A stretch of 64,000 nt of DNA from NCBI RefSeq assembly GCF_018350175.1, contig NC_058383.1, positions 2,852,001-2,916,000 of the forward strand, given 5' to 3'. Made by a program: the position numbers and the translations under genes. A model generated the notes under the pieces. It did not search any database and was not told where the DNA came from. It saw only the letters and a list, made by a program, of their open reading frames with translations. The stretch is from Felis catus (lineage: Eukaryota). This document shows positions 36,146 through 48,844 of the stretch, piece by piece. Numbering within the stretch: position 1 is the stretch's first letter; each line of letters begins with the position of its first letter.

Positions 36146-39100
36146 CCACGTCTCTGTGGACACTTGATTTTAAAGTCGGTACTTAGGGCAGGCTGCCATG
36201 TCTCTTCTGCCTTGATCCTCCTGCCCATTTTGTCACCCCTGAAGCTAGGGCACCTGTTCCCTCTTCTCCTCTAGGGTGGACGTCTAGAGAAACAGCAGTG
36301 CAGAGGCTTCCCTTGGCTCCCACCAGCACAGCCTGCAGGGAAGTCGTTGTGTCGGAACACCTTCCTCAGCCCTGTAGGATTTCTTTGTAATTGGAGCTTC
36401 ATGGTGGATTCAATTTTTGAAGGCTGGTCAGGAATCCTCCTCACCCTTCACGACACTGGTCACATGGGGAAATACGTTCCTAGTTCCAGCAACCGATTTA
36501 CGTGTCCACTTTTGGAACATAATCTGTTTTCAAGTTGATAACTACCTGTGTAAGCATTAAGTACTGAAGTTCCCAGTGTTCAAGAAATACACTATGCTAT
36601 TCAAAGAGAATTAACAGCTTTCTCTAAAGAACAAAACTAAGCTCAATGTGGCCCGATATTAATCCCTGCCTAGAAGTTCCTCAATCAAAAGGGCGAAATG
36701 TGGAACAGCAAAGATAAATAAGTAAAACTGGAAAATATGCAAAGCCATTAGAGTTGTACCAGAGACTCAGAAGTAGGCGATACAGGGAAATGCGCCCAAC
36801 CCCTGTGGTCGTGAGCGTGCCACCAAAGCATGGGGCTTTTGAAGTGTTTCTCTGGCGCTCAAACCTCTTTGCCAGTGGCAAACTGGAGTGCCTTCCATAG
36901 TTACTGTGAGGAAAAGAATGCCCTAGAGTGAAAACAAAATGCTATTTATTATTCAATTTGATATCCTTTAAATTTAAAAGTGTTAGTGATAATATTATAG
37001 CAGGATTAACAGGATTGTCCTATCAGCATTGAAATTTTCCTGTGATTTTTTTTTTTTTTTTTTTTACTTGGTGAATTTGGAAGTATTGTTTAACCTAAAA
37101 GATTTTAAAAGGTTAGATGAGATAGCATTTATAGTGCAGGTTTGATGGATGGCAGCGGTGGGGAGACTTTATAGCTCAGACAGTTTCAATACCCGTCTGA
37201 TCTTCTTTTTGCATTTTTCTTTTCTCGTTAAATTTTCTTTCAGAGCAGGCATCAAATCATTTTACCGTATGTAAAACTGTACCGTATGAGCATCTGAGGA
37301 GATGCTCGAGTAGTTCGGTGTTAATCAACTTTTCCTGCACATTTTACATGTCTGTGTATCTTCTTCATCATAGCTCTTAATACTCTGAACAGTCTTTGGG
37401 GAGAGATGAGGGGGAGATTTTGCTTAATTTGGGGACATAGGTTGTGTTCTGTAGAGCTTGGTATGTGGCTCAACACCAAGTAGGATTATAATAAGTTGTT
37501 GTTTTAGAGAAACTGAATGTTTTCTCATTGTACTGATTTTAGCTAAGAGAATCTTTATGGAAGAATTTGCCACATCTCAGAACAGTTATTTTTAAAGCAT
37601 AATACTTGGATTGTTTTATTTATTGCATTGTTGCCTAAGTGGTAGTCCAAAGGAGAAAGGGCAACTTAAAACCTTTTACCAGTGATTTTTTTTTAATAAC
37701 ACATTTCCTTGTCTATACACCCACCTCTAATTATTTCAGTGTTAAATTTAGTGTGTCACTAAATAATTGTCATGTTCACAATTACTAAATCTTTTACAAC
37801 TGCACTTCATATTTTTTCTTTCTGATAAACACCTTTTGACCTAAATATTTTATGAACATGTTAAAAATGTCATATTATTGATACTAGTCTAGATATGTAA
37901 AGTTGAGTTAATTTTAATTACTGAGTACCATATATACACTGGTTGTATTGTGAGATGAAATCAGTAGAAAATGGCTATTTTCTACATCGTATAGGTGTTT
38001 GAGACTGAAGAACACATCTAGAGCAGCAAGGCGGCTTTTTGTTAGTTCTTGGTTGGGATGATACTCGTGTGGACTTGGCTGGCGGTGGTTGTTCTACAAG
38101 AGTGTGCTTTCCTTCTCTAATTTAAAGATGACATTTAGAGTAGTGCGGGTTTTTGAGAACCTGCTCTTAACCTCAAATAATAGAACTTGTCCAGCGGATG
38201 TGTCTTTTCTTTTTGATTTCTGGGTGCTCGAGGCTCTTTTGGGAAGTGGGCAAAAGTTCTTCTAAGATGAGTGATCGGTTCCATCAACCTAAGGTCCCGA
38301 GTGGCTGAGCCTCTCCTACGGAATCTAAGTGCTACTTCTTCCTTCAGCAGAGCTTCCCTAGTTCTTTGTGACTCTGTCTGAATAACAGCCAGACAGCCTG
38401 GGTTTTCGTTTGGGTCCACACTGGATGCCTCACCAATGACATTTAGGTTGAGACCTGGTAAGTTTTTGATGAAATTTGCCTTGTGCTGAATCCATAAAAT
38501 AAGAGACTGATATCAAAAAGAAACACTTGACATTGGGAAAGAATTCTTGGAGATGCAAAGCACTGTTGTCAAATAGGGGAATTAAATACACTGGATGGTG
38601 CTTGAAATTAAATAGTCATTTGGGAAGCAGAAGGCCTGATTAATAACAGCAATAACAGTAGGCATATAATGAAATAATTATCTATATATAGATATACAGA
38701 TAGATATATTGATATATCTGTAAGGAGATTCCTGAATTTCAAAAAAAAAAATCCTCAAGTTTCAGAATAAAACATGATACCTTCAAGTGGAAGAAGCTCA
38801 GACAGACCCTAGAATTCTGTAGCCAGCTAAACTATATACTGTTTAGGTGGGTCAAGGATCAATATTTGCACATGTAGTATGTTCTATGAATCCTTTGAGA
38901 AGAAATTAAGAAAATACTGTGGGTAATGGCAAAATCAGGGGTGAAAAACCCACACACCGTAATAGAAGAGAACTAACAGCTTGTATGCAACCAATGGAAC
39001 TTGAATTGAATCTAAATAATTGTTAATAGATTGTGAAGCTAAGTGGATTCATTGCACGAAATATACCGTAGAACACGAACAATGTTTCTTTCCTTAATGA

Positions 39101-42100
39101 CACCTTTACAAAACTCAAAGAAATTACTTCTTTCTGGAGCTCTGAGTTCACATGCATTTCTAATTAATTTGATTGAAAAATCTACTCGCAAAACCTGGGG
39201 CCCAGGGATGAGAAGTAGAGAAAGTGGGGATATCTAGTGTATGGAAAGTGGTACAGATACGGTAGATGAGCCATTCTAGGGAAAAATACAAGAAATAGTT
39301 GATCTGATTGTCAAAAGTAATCATAAAAACGGACTGCATTTATTAAATATTGTAGGGTTCTGTACCAAGTATTTTTTGTTATCTCCTTTTATCCTGCATA
39401 TTATCAGAGTTTAATGGGCAGGCCAATTTTATATACCTGCAGAAGTGTAATGAGCATTCTTTAATATTATAGATACTAATGTATAGATACATTAATTGCA
39501 AAGGTTTTTTTTTTTTTTTTTTGGGCTTCTTCCCTTTTAATTGCAAAGTCTGGGGAATGATCATAATAAGCAGTCAGAGGAAACTATTTTCCTTTGTAAG
39601 CATGTAAAGACAAAAGAGGAACTTGGTGGAAGCTGCCATCCTTTTCCCAAGAAAATTGAAGCACAGATGATTCTGATAATTTACATTTTTTATTATGGCC
39701 AATATAGTTGGCGTGGTTTCTATCAGATGGTAGACAAGAGTAAAATTCTTACTGAGGGTTCAGGAAGGACCTGAGTTTGCTTTCTTTGAAAGAGGAGAAT
39801 ATGTAGTTAATTTTCATGATTCCTATCAAAAGAACAATGAACTTTTGAGCAGAATGTCTGCTAAGAAAAAGGAGTAGAGGGCAGAACTAATTGAATCTTC
39901 AACAGGGACAATTTCTTGAGATAAGCAGGTTTCTATGATTTCCTAAGATGGATTTTTTGAGGCAGTGAGAACATAACAATAAATTCAGGAATGAAAAGTC
40001 AATCGATACAGACCCAGAATTGTGTTTTAATCATGGAGTAAATCCCTTTTTATTTTTTGTTTTTACTTCCCATACAGCGAATTCTAAAAATAAAGGAAGT
40101 ACGTTTCTAGGTAGTACTGGATTATAGGACTCAGTAAATTAAACTGGGTTTAGTTTTGCTTTTGATATCTGAAGGGATTAGGAAAATTCCTTTTGGACAA
40201 CCAGGGACCAGAAGATCAGACAGACACCATATCACTTATTTGGTATGAAAATGATAATTCAACCTTATAAAAGTGTTCTAAAGTTACATTCTCTGTAAAT
40301 GATAGAGTAGGTAAAACCATTATACTTTCTGAAAAAATAAATGGTTCTTGGCAAATACATGTTAATTTAATTTTAGGAATGTTATTTTGTAGTTCATTGT
40401 GAAAAAAATTGTAAAAAGATGAATTATTTTATGCTGAAATGTGCTGAGGTAGCTTACTGTACCTGTTTGCTGTCCTTTTGGAATACCTTTGTTTAGATAA
40501 ATCTTTTCTCTGGGATTGTGCCCTTAAATATTTAAACCTCTTTATGCTGCCCTCAAGTATAAGGGATTTGAGAACTTAGACTTATGTGGGATACTTCAGG
40601 AAATCTCTTCATGCTGATGCAAACAGGAGACTATAGTATTATAATGGAAAGAAAAAAAATGTGAGATTTGTGAGGAAATATCTCTTTTATGCTTCTTACT
40701 GTATCAAAATTTAATCATTTTCTTTTCTTTTCCGTCCAGCCAGTGTGAAGTTTAGTTTACTTTTCTAAGAACTTCCCCTCAAAAACAAAATACATTTACA
40801 TTTAACCCATTTACTCTTAGCAGAAAAAAAAATTTAAGATGGACACCAAAATTTTTTGACAGTAGCCATTTCTAGCTAAATCAAGTATTTATTAATGTAG
40901 TTATCACATCTTCTATATGGAAGAAGTATGCAAACCTTGAGGTCTTTGTTTTTCCATTCTTGACTGTCATAAAATTGTAAGCTCTTTTGCAAGTGACAGG
41001 AAAGTTGTAGGAACTACTGAACTAAAAATTATCTCTTTTTCCCCATAAGCTAGCTGCTCAACATCTGAGTGATCTCAGGGAGGCAAGCCTGTGTGATCCT
41101 CCTGTGGCAATGATTTACATTTGACAGAGAGCAAATTTATGGCCCTTATCTGTTGAAGACTTTTATGAATGACTGATATAAATCAAGAACTGAATGACTG
41201 TTTTTCCCTTTGAGCATAAATCTATGATGGGGAGATTGATTTCTGAGAAACTCTTCGGTAACCCATTTAAATTATCATCTTCTACCAACTTTCTATATTT
41301 TGGCATAAACTGAATCACTAAAATATAGCTTAATACTGGTGTGATAGATTTTTCTTCTGTTAGATCTGCAATTTACTTGGACCCCTCATATAACTCAATA
41401 AATTACTCAGTTAATAGAGTAGAAAACAAATGTATATAGTGGGAAACCCATTGATGGGAATAACTAAAGCAACTGTATCTACCTTTTAGGGAAGAGAGGG
41501 AAAATATAAGTTTAATTTCAAAGATACTTAGGATAAAGTGTGCCATTAGTTGGTGGGGTGGGGTGGGGGATAAATAGGTAGAAAAAGCCAGTTATATCTA
41601 GGACATTTGCAGACTAACTCGGGAGCCCTAGAAAAGTATAAAAACATGTTAGCCCAGGATATTTTGAATACACTTTCTTGAGAGGCTTTCTTTCAGGAAG
41701 AGAGGTCTCTCTAAAACAAGATGGGAGACATAGGAGCCCACCTAAGATGGAAAGCTAGGTTCAAGTGGTTTAAAAAATAGTTTAATAGGCAGTGCTTTTC
41801 TTCCTCTCACAAAAATTTTTATCTACGGATGACAACTTATGGGTGAAGGGTTGCAAGACACATGAAATTATATTATTTTCTTCTCAGATAAGTGGTCCTT
41901 TCCATGTTTTCGTCTTGTTCTGTGCAATTGTACAACTTAGAGTGGAAGAAAAGAGCGGTTAGGAGATCAGGAGTTGATCCCGGCCAGTGTGATATGGAAC
42001 TTTTAAAAGGACAGTGCTGGTCACATGGTGCCAGTATGTATTTGCTCAAGGGCAGAAAGAAGGCAAGCAGCCTGCTACGGAGGCGTGACGACACAAGGGG

Positions 42101-42224
42101 GCTCTGTGTGCAGTGACGGGGTGCAGACATGAAGAGAGGGTGGCCCCTGGTGAGCGGCAAGAGAGTGGGATCCGACTGTGGCTCTGGACCTAGACACCCT
42201 GGTCCGCATCCCAGCACCACACTG

Positions 42225-42405
42225 CTTCTTGCCTGTGTGATCCGGGGCAGGTTCCTCACCTTCCCTGCGCTGCCTCACTCTCCTTACCTCCAAGTGACAA
42301 TGGTAAGAGAGCCTCCCTCCTAAATGTGTTAGGATTTGCTGAGTTAATATGTAGGTGTAAAGCCCTTAGGACAGTAGCTAGTACACGCTTTCAACAAATG
42401 TCAGC
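42225..42405 (+). mobile_element. MIR
   Basis: ctgtgtgatccggggcaggttcctcacc…gagttaatatgt…tcaacaaatgtcagc. Confidence 0.7.
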
Positions 42406-42495
42406 AGGTACCACCCTGGCTAGACAGCCGTGGCCATTCTCAGCACCTGTCTCTAGTTAGTCACCACCTTTGGTCAGTTCTACGTTTAAATTTTT

Positions 42496-42541
42496 CTCCC
42501 TCCCTCCCTCCCTCCCTCCCTCCCTCCCTCCCTACCTTCCT
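42496..42541 (+). repeat. (CCCT)n microsatellite at the L1 tail position
   Basis: About 9 perfect CCCT units plus a degenerate end. Confidence 0.95.
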
Positions 42542-42785
42542 GAAATTTATTGTCAAATTGGTTTCCATACAACACTCAGTGCTTATCCCAACAGGTGCCC
42601 TCCTCAATACCCATCAGCCACTCTCCCCGGCCTCCCACTGCCCCCCCCCCCCCATCAACCCTCAGTTCTCAGTTTTTAAGGGTCTCTTATGTTTTGGCTC
42701 CCTCCCTCTCTAACCTTTTTTCTTTTTTTTCCTCCCTCTCTAACCTTTTTTTCTTTTTTTCCTTCCCCTCCCTCATGGTCTTCGG

Positions 42786-45700
42786 TTAAATTTCTAAGGA
42801 TCCACGTATGAGTGAAAACATACGGTATGTGTCTTTCTCTGTATGACTTATTTCACTTAGCATAACACTCTCCAGTTTCATCCACGTTGCTACGAAAGGC
42901 CATATTTCATTCTTTCTCTTTGCCATGTAGTATTCCATTGTGTATATAAACCACAATTTCTTTATCCATTCATCAGTTGATGGACATTTCGGCTCTTTCC
43001 ATAATTTGGCTATTGTTGAAAGCGCTGCTATAAACATTGGAGTACAAGTGCCCCTGTGCATCAGCACTCCTGTATGCCTTGGATAAATTCCTAGCAGTGC
43101 TATTGCTGGGTCATAGGGTAGATCTATTTTTAATTTTTTGAGAAACCTCCACACTGTCTTCCAGAGTGGCTACACCAGTTTGCATTCCCACCAACAGTAC
43201 AAGAGGGTCCCCGTTTCTCCACATCCTTGCCAGCATCTATAGTCTCCTGATTAGTTCATTTGGTGTAAGGTGGTATCTGAGTGTGGTTTTGATTTGTATT
43301 TCCCTGATGAGGAGCGATGTTGAGCATCTTTTCATGTGCCTGTTGGTCATCTGGATGTTTTCTTTAGAGAAGTGTCTATTCATGTCTTCTGCCCATTTCT
43401 TCACTGGTTTATTTGTTTTTTGGATGTGGAGTTTGGTGAGCTCTTTATAGATTTTGGATACTAGCCCTTTGTCCAATATGTCATTTGCAAATATCTTTTC
43501 CCATTCCGTTGGTTGCCTTTTAGTTTGGTTATTTCCTTTGCAGTGCAGAAGCTTTTTATCTTCGTGAGGTCCCAATAGTTCATTTTTGCTTTTAATTCCC
43601 TTGCCTTTGGGGATGTGTCAAGTAAGAAATTGCTATTGCTGAGGTCAGAGAGGTCTTTTCCTGCTTTCTCCTCTAGGGTTTTGATGGTTTCCTGTCCCAC
43701 ATTCAGGTCCTTTATCCATTTTGAGTTTATTTTTGTGAATGGTGTAAGAAAGTGGTCTAGTTTCATCCTTCTGCATGTTGCTGTCCAGTTCTCCCAGCAC
43801 CATTTGTTAAAGAGACTGTCTTTTGTCCACTGGATTTTCTTTCCTGCTTTGTCAAAGATTAACTGGCCATACTTCTGTGGGTCTAATTCTGGGGTTTCTA
43901 TTCTATTCCATTGATCTGTGTGTCTGTTTTTGTGCCAATACCATGCTGTCTTGATGATGACAGCTTTATAGTAGAGGCTAAAGTCTGGGATTGTGATGCC
44001 TCCTGCTTTGGTCATCTTCTTCAAAATTACTTTGGCTATTCAGGGCCTTTTGTGGTTCCATACAAATTGTAGGATTGCTTGTTCTAGCTTCGAGAAGAAT
44101 GCTGGTGCAATTTTGATTGCGATTGCATTGAATGTGTAGATATTGCTTTGCATAGTATTGACATTTTAACAATATTTTTCCAATCCATGAGCACAGAATG
44201 TTTTTCCATTTCTTTATATCTTCTTCAGTTTCCTTTATAAGCTTTCTATATTTTTCAGCATACAGATCTTGTACATCTTTGGTTAGGTTTATTCCTAGGT
44301 ATTTTATGCTTCTTGGTGCAATTGTGAATGGGATCAGTTTCTTTATTTGTGTTTCTGTTGCTTCATTAGTAGTGTATAAGAATGCAACTGGTTTCTGTAC
44401 ATTAATTTTGTATCCTGCGACTTTGCTGAATTCACGTATCAGTTCTAATAGACTTTTGGTGGAGTCTGTCGGGTTTTTCACATATATCACATAATATCAC
44501 ATAATATCATGTCATCTGCGAAAAGTGAAAGCTTGACATCATCTTTGCCAATTTTGATGCCTTTGATTTCCTTTTGTTGTCTGATTGCTGATGCTAGAAC
44601 TTCCAACACTATGTTAAACACCAGTGGTGAGAATGGACATCCCTGTTGTATTCCTGATCTCAGGGGGAAAGCTCTCAGTTTTTCCCCATTGAGGATGATA
44701 CTAGCTGTGGGCTTTTCATAAATGGCTTTTCATAAATGATGTTTAAGTATGTTCCTTCTATCCCGACTTTCTGGAGGGTTTTTATTAAGAAAGGATGCTG
44801 AATTTTGTCAAATGCTTTTTCTGCATTGATTGACAGGATCATATGGTTCTTATCTTTTCTTTTATTAATGTGATGTATCACATTGATTGATTTGTGAATG
44901 TTGAACCAGCCCTGCATCCCAGGAATGAATCCCACTTGATCATGGTGAATAATTCTTTATATATGCTGTTGAATTCGATTTGCTAGTATCCTATTGAGAA
45001 TTTTTGCATCCATATTCATCAGGGATATTGGCCTGTAGTTGTCTTTGTTGGCTAGGTCTCTGGTTTAGGAATCAAAGTAATGCTGGTTGCATAGAATGAG
45101 TCTGGAAGTTTTCCTTCCCTTTGTATTTTTTGGAACAGCTTGAGAAAGATAGGTATTACCTCTGCTTTAAATGTCTGGTTGAATTCCCCTGGGAAGCCAT
45201 CTGGTCCTGGACTCCTATTTGTTGGGAGATTTTTGATAACTGATTCAATTTCTTCTCTGGTTATGGGTCTGTTCAAGTTTTCTATTTCTTCCTGTTTGAG
45301 GTTTGAAAGTGTGTGGGTGCTTAGGAATTTGTCCATTTCTTGGTTATCCAGTTTGTTGTCCAAACTGGTTGTCCAGTTTGTTGGCATATAATTTTTCATA
45401 GTATTCCTTGATAATTGTTTGTATTTCTCATGGATTGGTTGTAATTCCATTTTCATTCATGATTTTATCTATTTGGATCACCTCCCTTTTCTTTTTGAGA
45501 AGCCTGGCTAGAGGTTTATCAATTTTATTTTTTCAAAAAACCAGCTCTTGGATTCATTGATCTGCTCTACAGTTTTTTTAGATTCTATATTGTTTATTTC
45601 TGCTCTGATCTTTATTGTTTCTCTTTTTCTCTTGGGTTTGGGGTGTCTTTGCTGTTTGGCTTCTATTTCCTTTAGGTGTGCTGGAAGATTTTGTATTTGG

Positions 45701-46629
45701 TATTTTTCTTGTTTCTTGAGATAGGCCTGGATTGCAATGTATTTCCCTCTCAGGACTGCCTTTGCTGCATCCCAAAGCGTTTGGATTGTTGTATTTTCAT
45801 TTTTCATTTGTTCCCGTTTTTTAAAAATTTCTTCTTTAATTGCCTGGTTGACCCATTCATTCTTTAGTAGGGTGTTCTTTAACCTCCATGCTTTTGGAGG
45901 TTTTCCAGACTTTTTCCTGTCTTTGATTTCAAGCTTCATAGCATTGCGGTCTGAAAGTGTGCATGGTATGATCTCAATTCTTTTATACTTATGAAGGGCT
46001 GTTTTGTGACCTAGTATGTGATCTCTGTTGGAGAATGTTGCATGTGCACTCGAGAAGAAAGTATATTCTGTTGCTTTGGGATGCAGAGTTCTAAATGTAT
46101 CTGTCAAGTCCATCTGATCCAGTGTATCATTCAGGGCCCTTGTTACTTTATTGATCCTGTGTCTAGATGATCTATCCATTGTTGTGAGTGGGGTTTTAAA
46201 GTCCCCTGCAATTCCCACATTCTTACCAATAAGGTTGCTTATGTTTGTGATTGTTTTATATATTTGGGGGCTCCCATATTCGGTGCATAGACATTTATAA
46301 TTGTTAGCTCTTCCTGATGGATAGACCCTTTAATTATTATATAATGTCCTTCTTAATCTCTTGTTACAGCCTTTAATTTAGACTAGTTTGTCTGATACAA
46401 GTATGGCTACTCCAGCTTTCTTTTGACTTCCAGTAGCATGATAGATAGTTCTCCATCCCCTCGCTTTCAATCTGAAGGTGTCCTTAGGTCTAAAACGAGT
46501 CTCTTGTAGACAGCAAATAGATGAGTCTTGTTTTTTTTTAATCCATTCTGATACCCTATGTCTTTTGGTTGGAACATTTAGTCCATTTACATTCAGTGTT
46601 ACTATAGAAAGATAGGGGTTTAGAGTCAT
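42786..46629 (-). pseudogene. L1 ORF2 (APE endonuclease, RT, Cys-rich domain), frameshifted
   Basis: MTLNPYLSIVTLNVNGLN…[31 protein letters not shown] and HRGTCTPMFIAAL spread over several frames. Confidence 0.97.
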
Positions 46630-46697
46630 TGTGATGTCTGTAGGTTTCATGCTTTTCGTGATGTCTCTGGTACCTTGTGGTCCTTGCAACATTTCAC

Positions 46698-47587
46698 TCA
46701 AAAAATCCCCCTTAGGATCTCTTGTAGGGCTGGTTTAGTGGTGATGAATTCCTTCAGTTTTTGTTTGTTTGGGAAGACCTTTATCTCTCCTTGCACTCTG
46801 AATGACAGACTTGCTGGATAAAGGATTCTCAGCTGCATATTTTTTCTGTTCATCACATTGAAGATTTCCTGCCATTCCTTTCTGGCCTGCCAAGTTTCAG
46901 TAGATAGGTCTGTCACTAGTCTTATGGGTCTCCCTTTATATGTTAAAGCGTGTTTATCCCTAGCTGCTTTCAGAATTTTCTCTTTATCCTTGTATTTTGC
47001 CAGTTTCACTATGATATGTCATGCAGAAGATCGATTCAGGTTACCTCTGAAGGGAGTTCTCTGTGCCTCTTGGATTTCAGTGCCTTTTTCCTTCCCCAGA
47101 TCAGGGAAGTTCTCAGCTATGATTTCTTCAAGTACACCTTCAGCACCTTTCTCTCTCTTCCTCCTCTGGAATCCCAATTTTGTGTACATTATTTCGTTTA
47201 ATTATGTCACTTAGTTCTCTAAGTCTCCCCTCACACTCCTGGATTTTTTTTATCTCTGTTTTTCTCAGCTTCTTCTTTTTCCATAATTTTATCTTCTAAT
47301 TCACCTATTCTCTCCTCTGCCCCTTCAATCTGAGCTGTGGTCACCTCCATTGTATTTTGCACCTCATTTAGAGCATTTTTAGCTCCTCCTGACTATTTCT
47401 TAGTCCCTTGATCTCTGTAGCAATAGATTCTCTGCTGTCCTCTATACTTTTTCAAGACCAGCGATTAATTTTATGACCATTATTCTAAATTCTTGTTCCG
47501 TTACATTGCTTAAATCGTTTTTGATCAATTCATTAGCTGTCGCTCTTCCTGGAGTTTCTTTTGAGGAGAATTCTTCTGTTTCATCAT
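46698..47587 (-). pseudogene. L1 ORF1, disrupted
   Basis: Start MMKQKNSPQKKLQE; C-terminal KEKILKAAR…RILYPASLSF…KPALQEILRG; frames broken. Confidence 0.93.
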
Positions 47588-48844
47588 TTTGCATAGTCCC
47601 TGGGGTGGCGTGGAACGGCAGGGCACTTCCCCTGTGCTGTCTGGAGTAACTTGTGTTGGTGGGCAGGGCTGCATTCAGACTGATGTCTGTCCCCAGCCCG
47701 CCGCTGGGGCCAGTCACACTGGTGTGTACCTTATCTTCCCTTCTCCCAGTGGCAGGACTTACTGTGGAGTGGTGTGACCCCTGTCTGGGCTACTTGGCAC
47801 ACTTGCAGGCTTGTGGTGCTGCTTTGATAGGATCTGGTGTATTAGCCAGGGTGGATCTGCAAGTTGCACAGTGGCGGGAGGGCAGGCTCAGCTCGCTTTG
47901 CTGTCAGTGGTCCTTTGCGGGAGGGGCCCTGCAGCATGGGAGGGAGGCAGGCAGACCCGTCGGAGGGGTGGATCCACAGAAGCAAAGCATTGGGTGTTTG
48001 CGCGGTGCAAGCAAGTTCGGTGACAGAAACTGGTTCCCCTTGGGATTTAGGCTGGGGGATGGGAGAGGAAGATGGTGCTGGCCAGCGCCTTTGTTCCCCA
48101 CTGAGCTGAGCTCTGCCCTCCGGGGCTCAACACCTCTCCCTCCTGGTGTCTGAGCAGAGCTGTTGACTTGTAACATTCCAGATGCTAAGTCCCGCTGGCT
48201 GTCAGAACTCGCGCAGTCTGGCCCCTCAGCTTTTGTGAGCCAGACTCTGGGGCTCTGCCTTGCCGGGCGGGCTGCCCCGCCACTGCCGCGTCTCCCTCCC
48301 GCCAGTCCGTGTAGCGTGCACCGCCTCTCCGCCCTTCCTACCCTCTTCCCTGGGCCTCTTGTCTACGCTTGGCTCCGGAGAGTCCATTCTGCTAGTCTTC
48401 TGGCGGTTTTCTGGGTTATTTAGGCAGATGTGGGTGGAATCTAAGCGATCGGCAGGACGAGGTGAGCCCAGTGTCCTCCTACGCTGCCATCTTCTCCTCT
48501 TAAATATTTCTTAAAAATGGTTTCTCTATGCTGAAGGTTACAGCTGTAGTCCAGAGAACGCTAATCTTAATTCACTTGGTTCTTGGAGTAAAATCTTCCT
48601 AAAGTTCAAACTGCTCAGTATGACCTATTATCTTTCCAAAATGCACGCCTTGCCCTTCCACTCTCCTTAAATCCCTTCAGTGGCTCCTCGCCATCATTAA
48701 GTAATTTGTAATTAATCTTCAGTGTTAAGGGCATTTGGGGTTCTTGAGGATTGAGCCTATGCTTGCCATCCAGCCTCAACTCCCAGCAGATGCTTTATGA
48801 ACCTCATACCGCTTAATCCTTACTACAGCCTTCCAAAGCACGTG

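Larger units (their letters stand above)
42498..48499 (-). mobile_element. Full-length (~6.0 kb) felid LINE-1, inactivated
   Basis: 5' end gaggagaagatggcagcgtaggaggac, CpG-rich 5' UTR, ORF1, ORF2, G-rich 3' UTR and AATAAA; 12-bp TSD ttaaat(t/a)tttct at 42486-42497 / 48500-48511. Confidence 0.97.

Noticed and set aside
40715..40745. Strong acceptor-like polypyrimidine-CAG (a similar one at ~53350-53393)
   Set aside because: No convincing downstream donor or reading frame
42786..47587. Active, retrotransposition-competent L1
   Set aside because: Both ORFs have multiple frameshifts and stops, and the TSD has a mismatch
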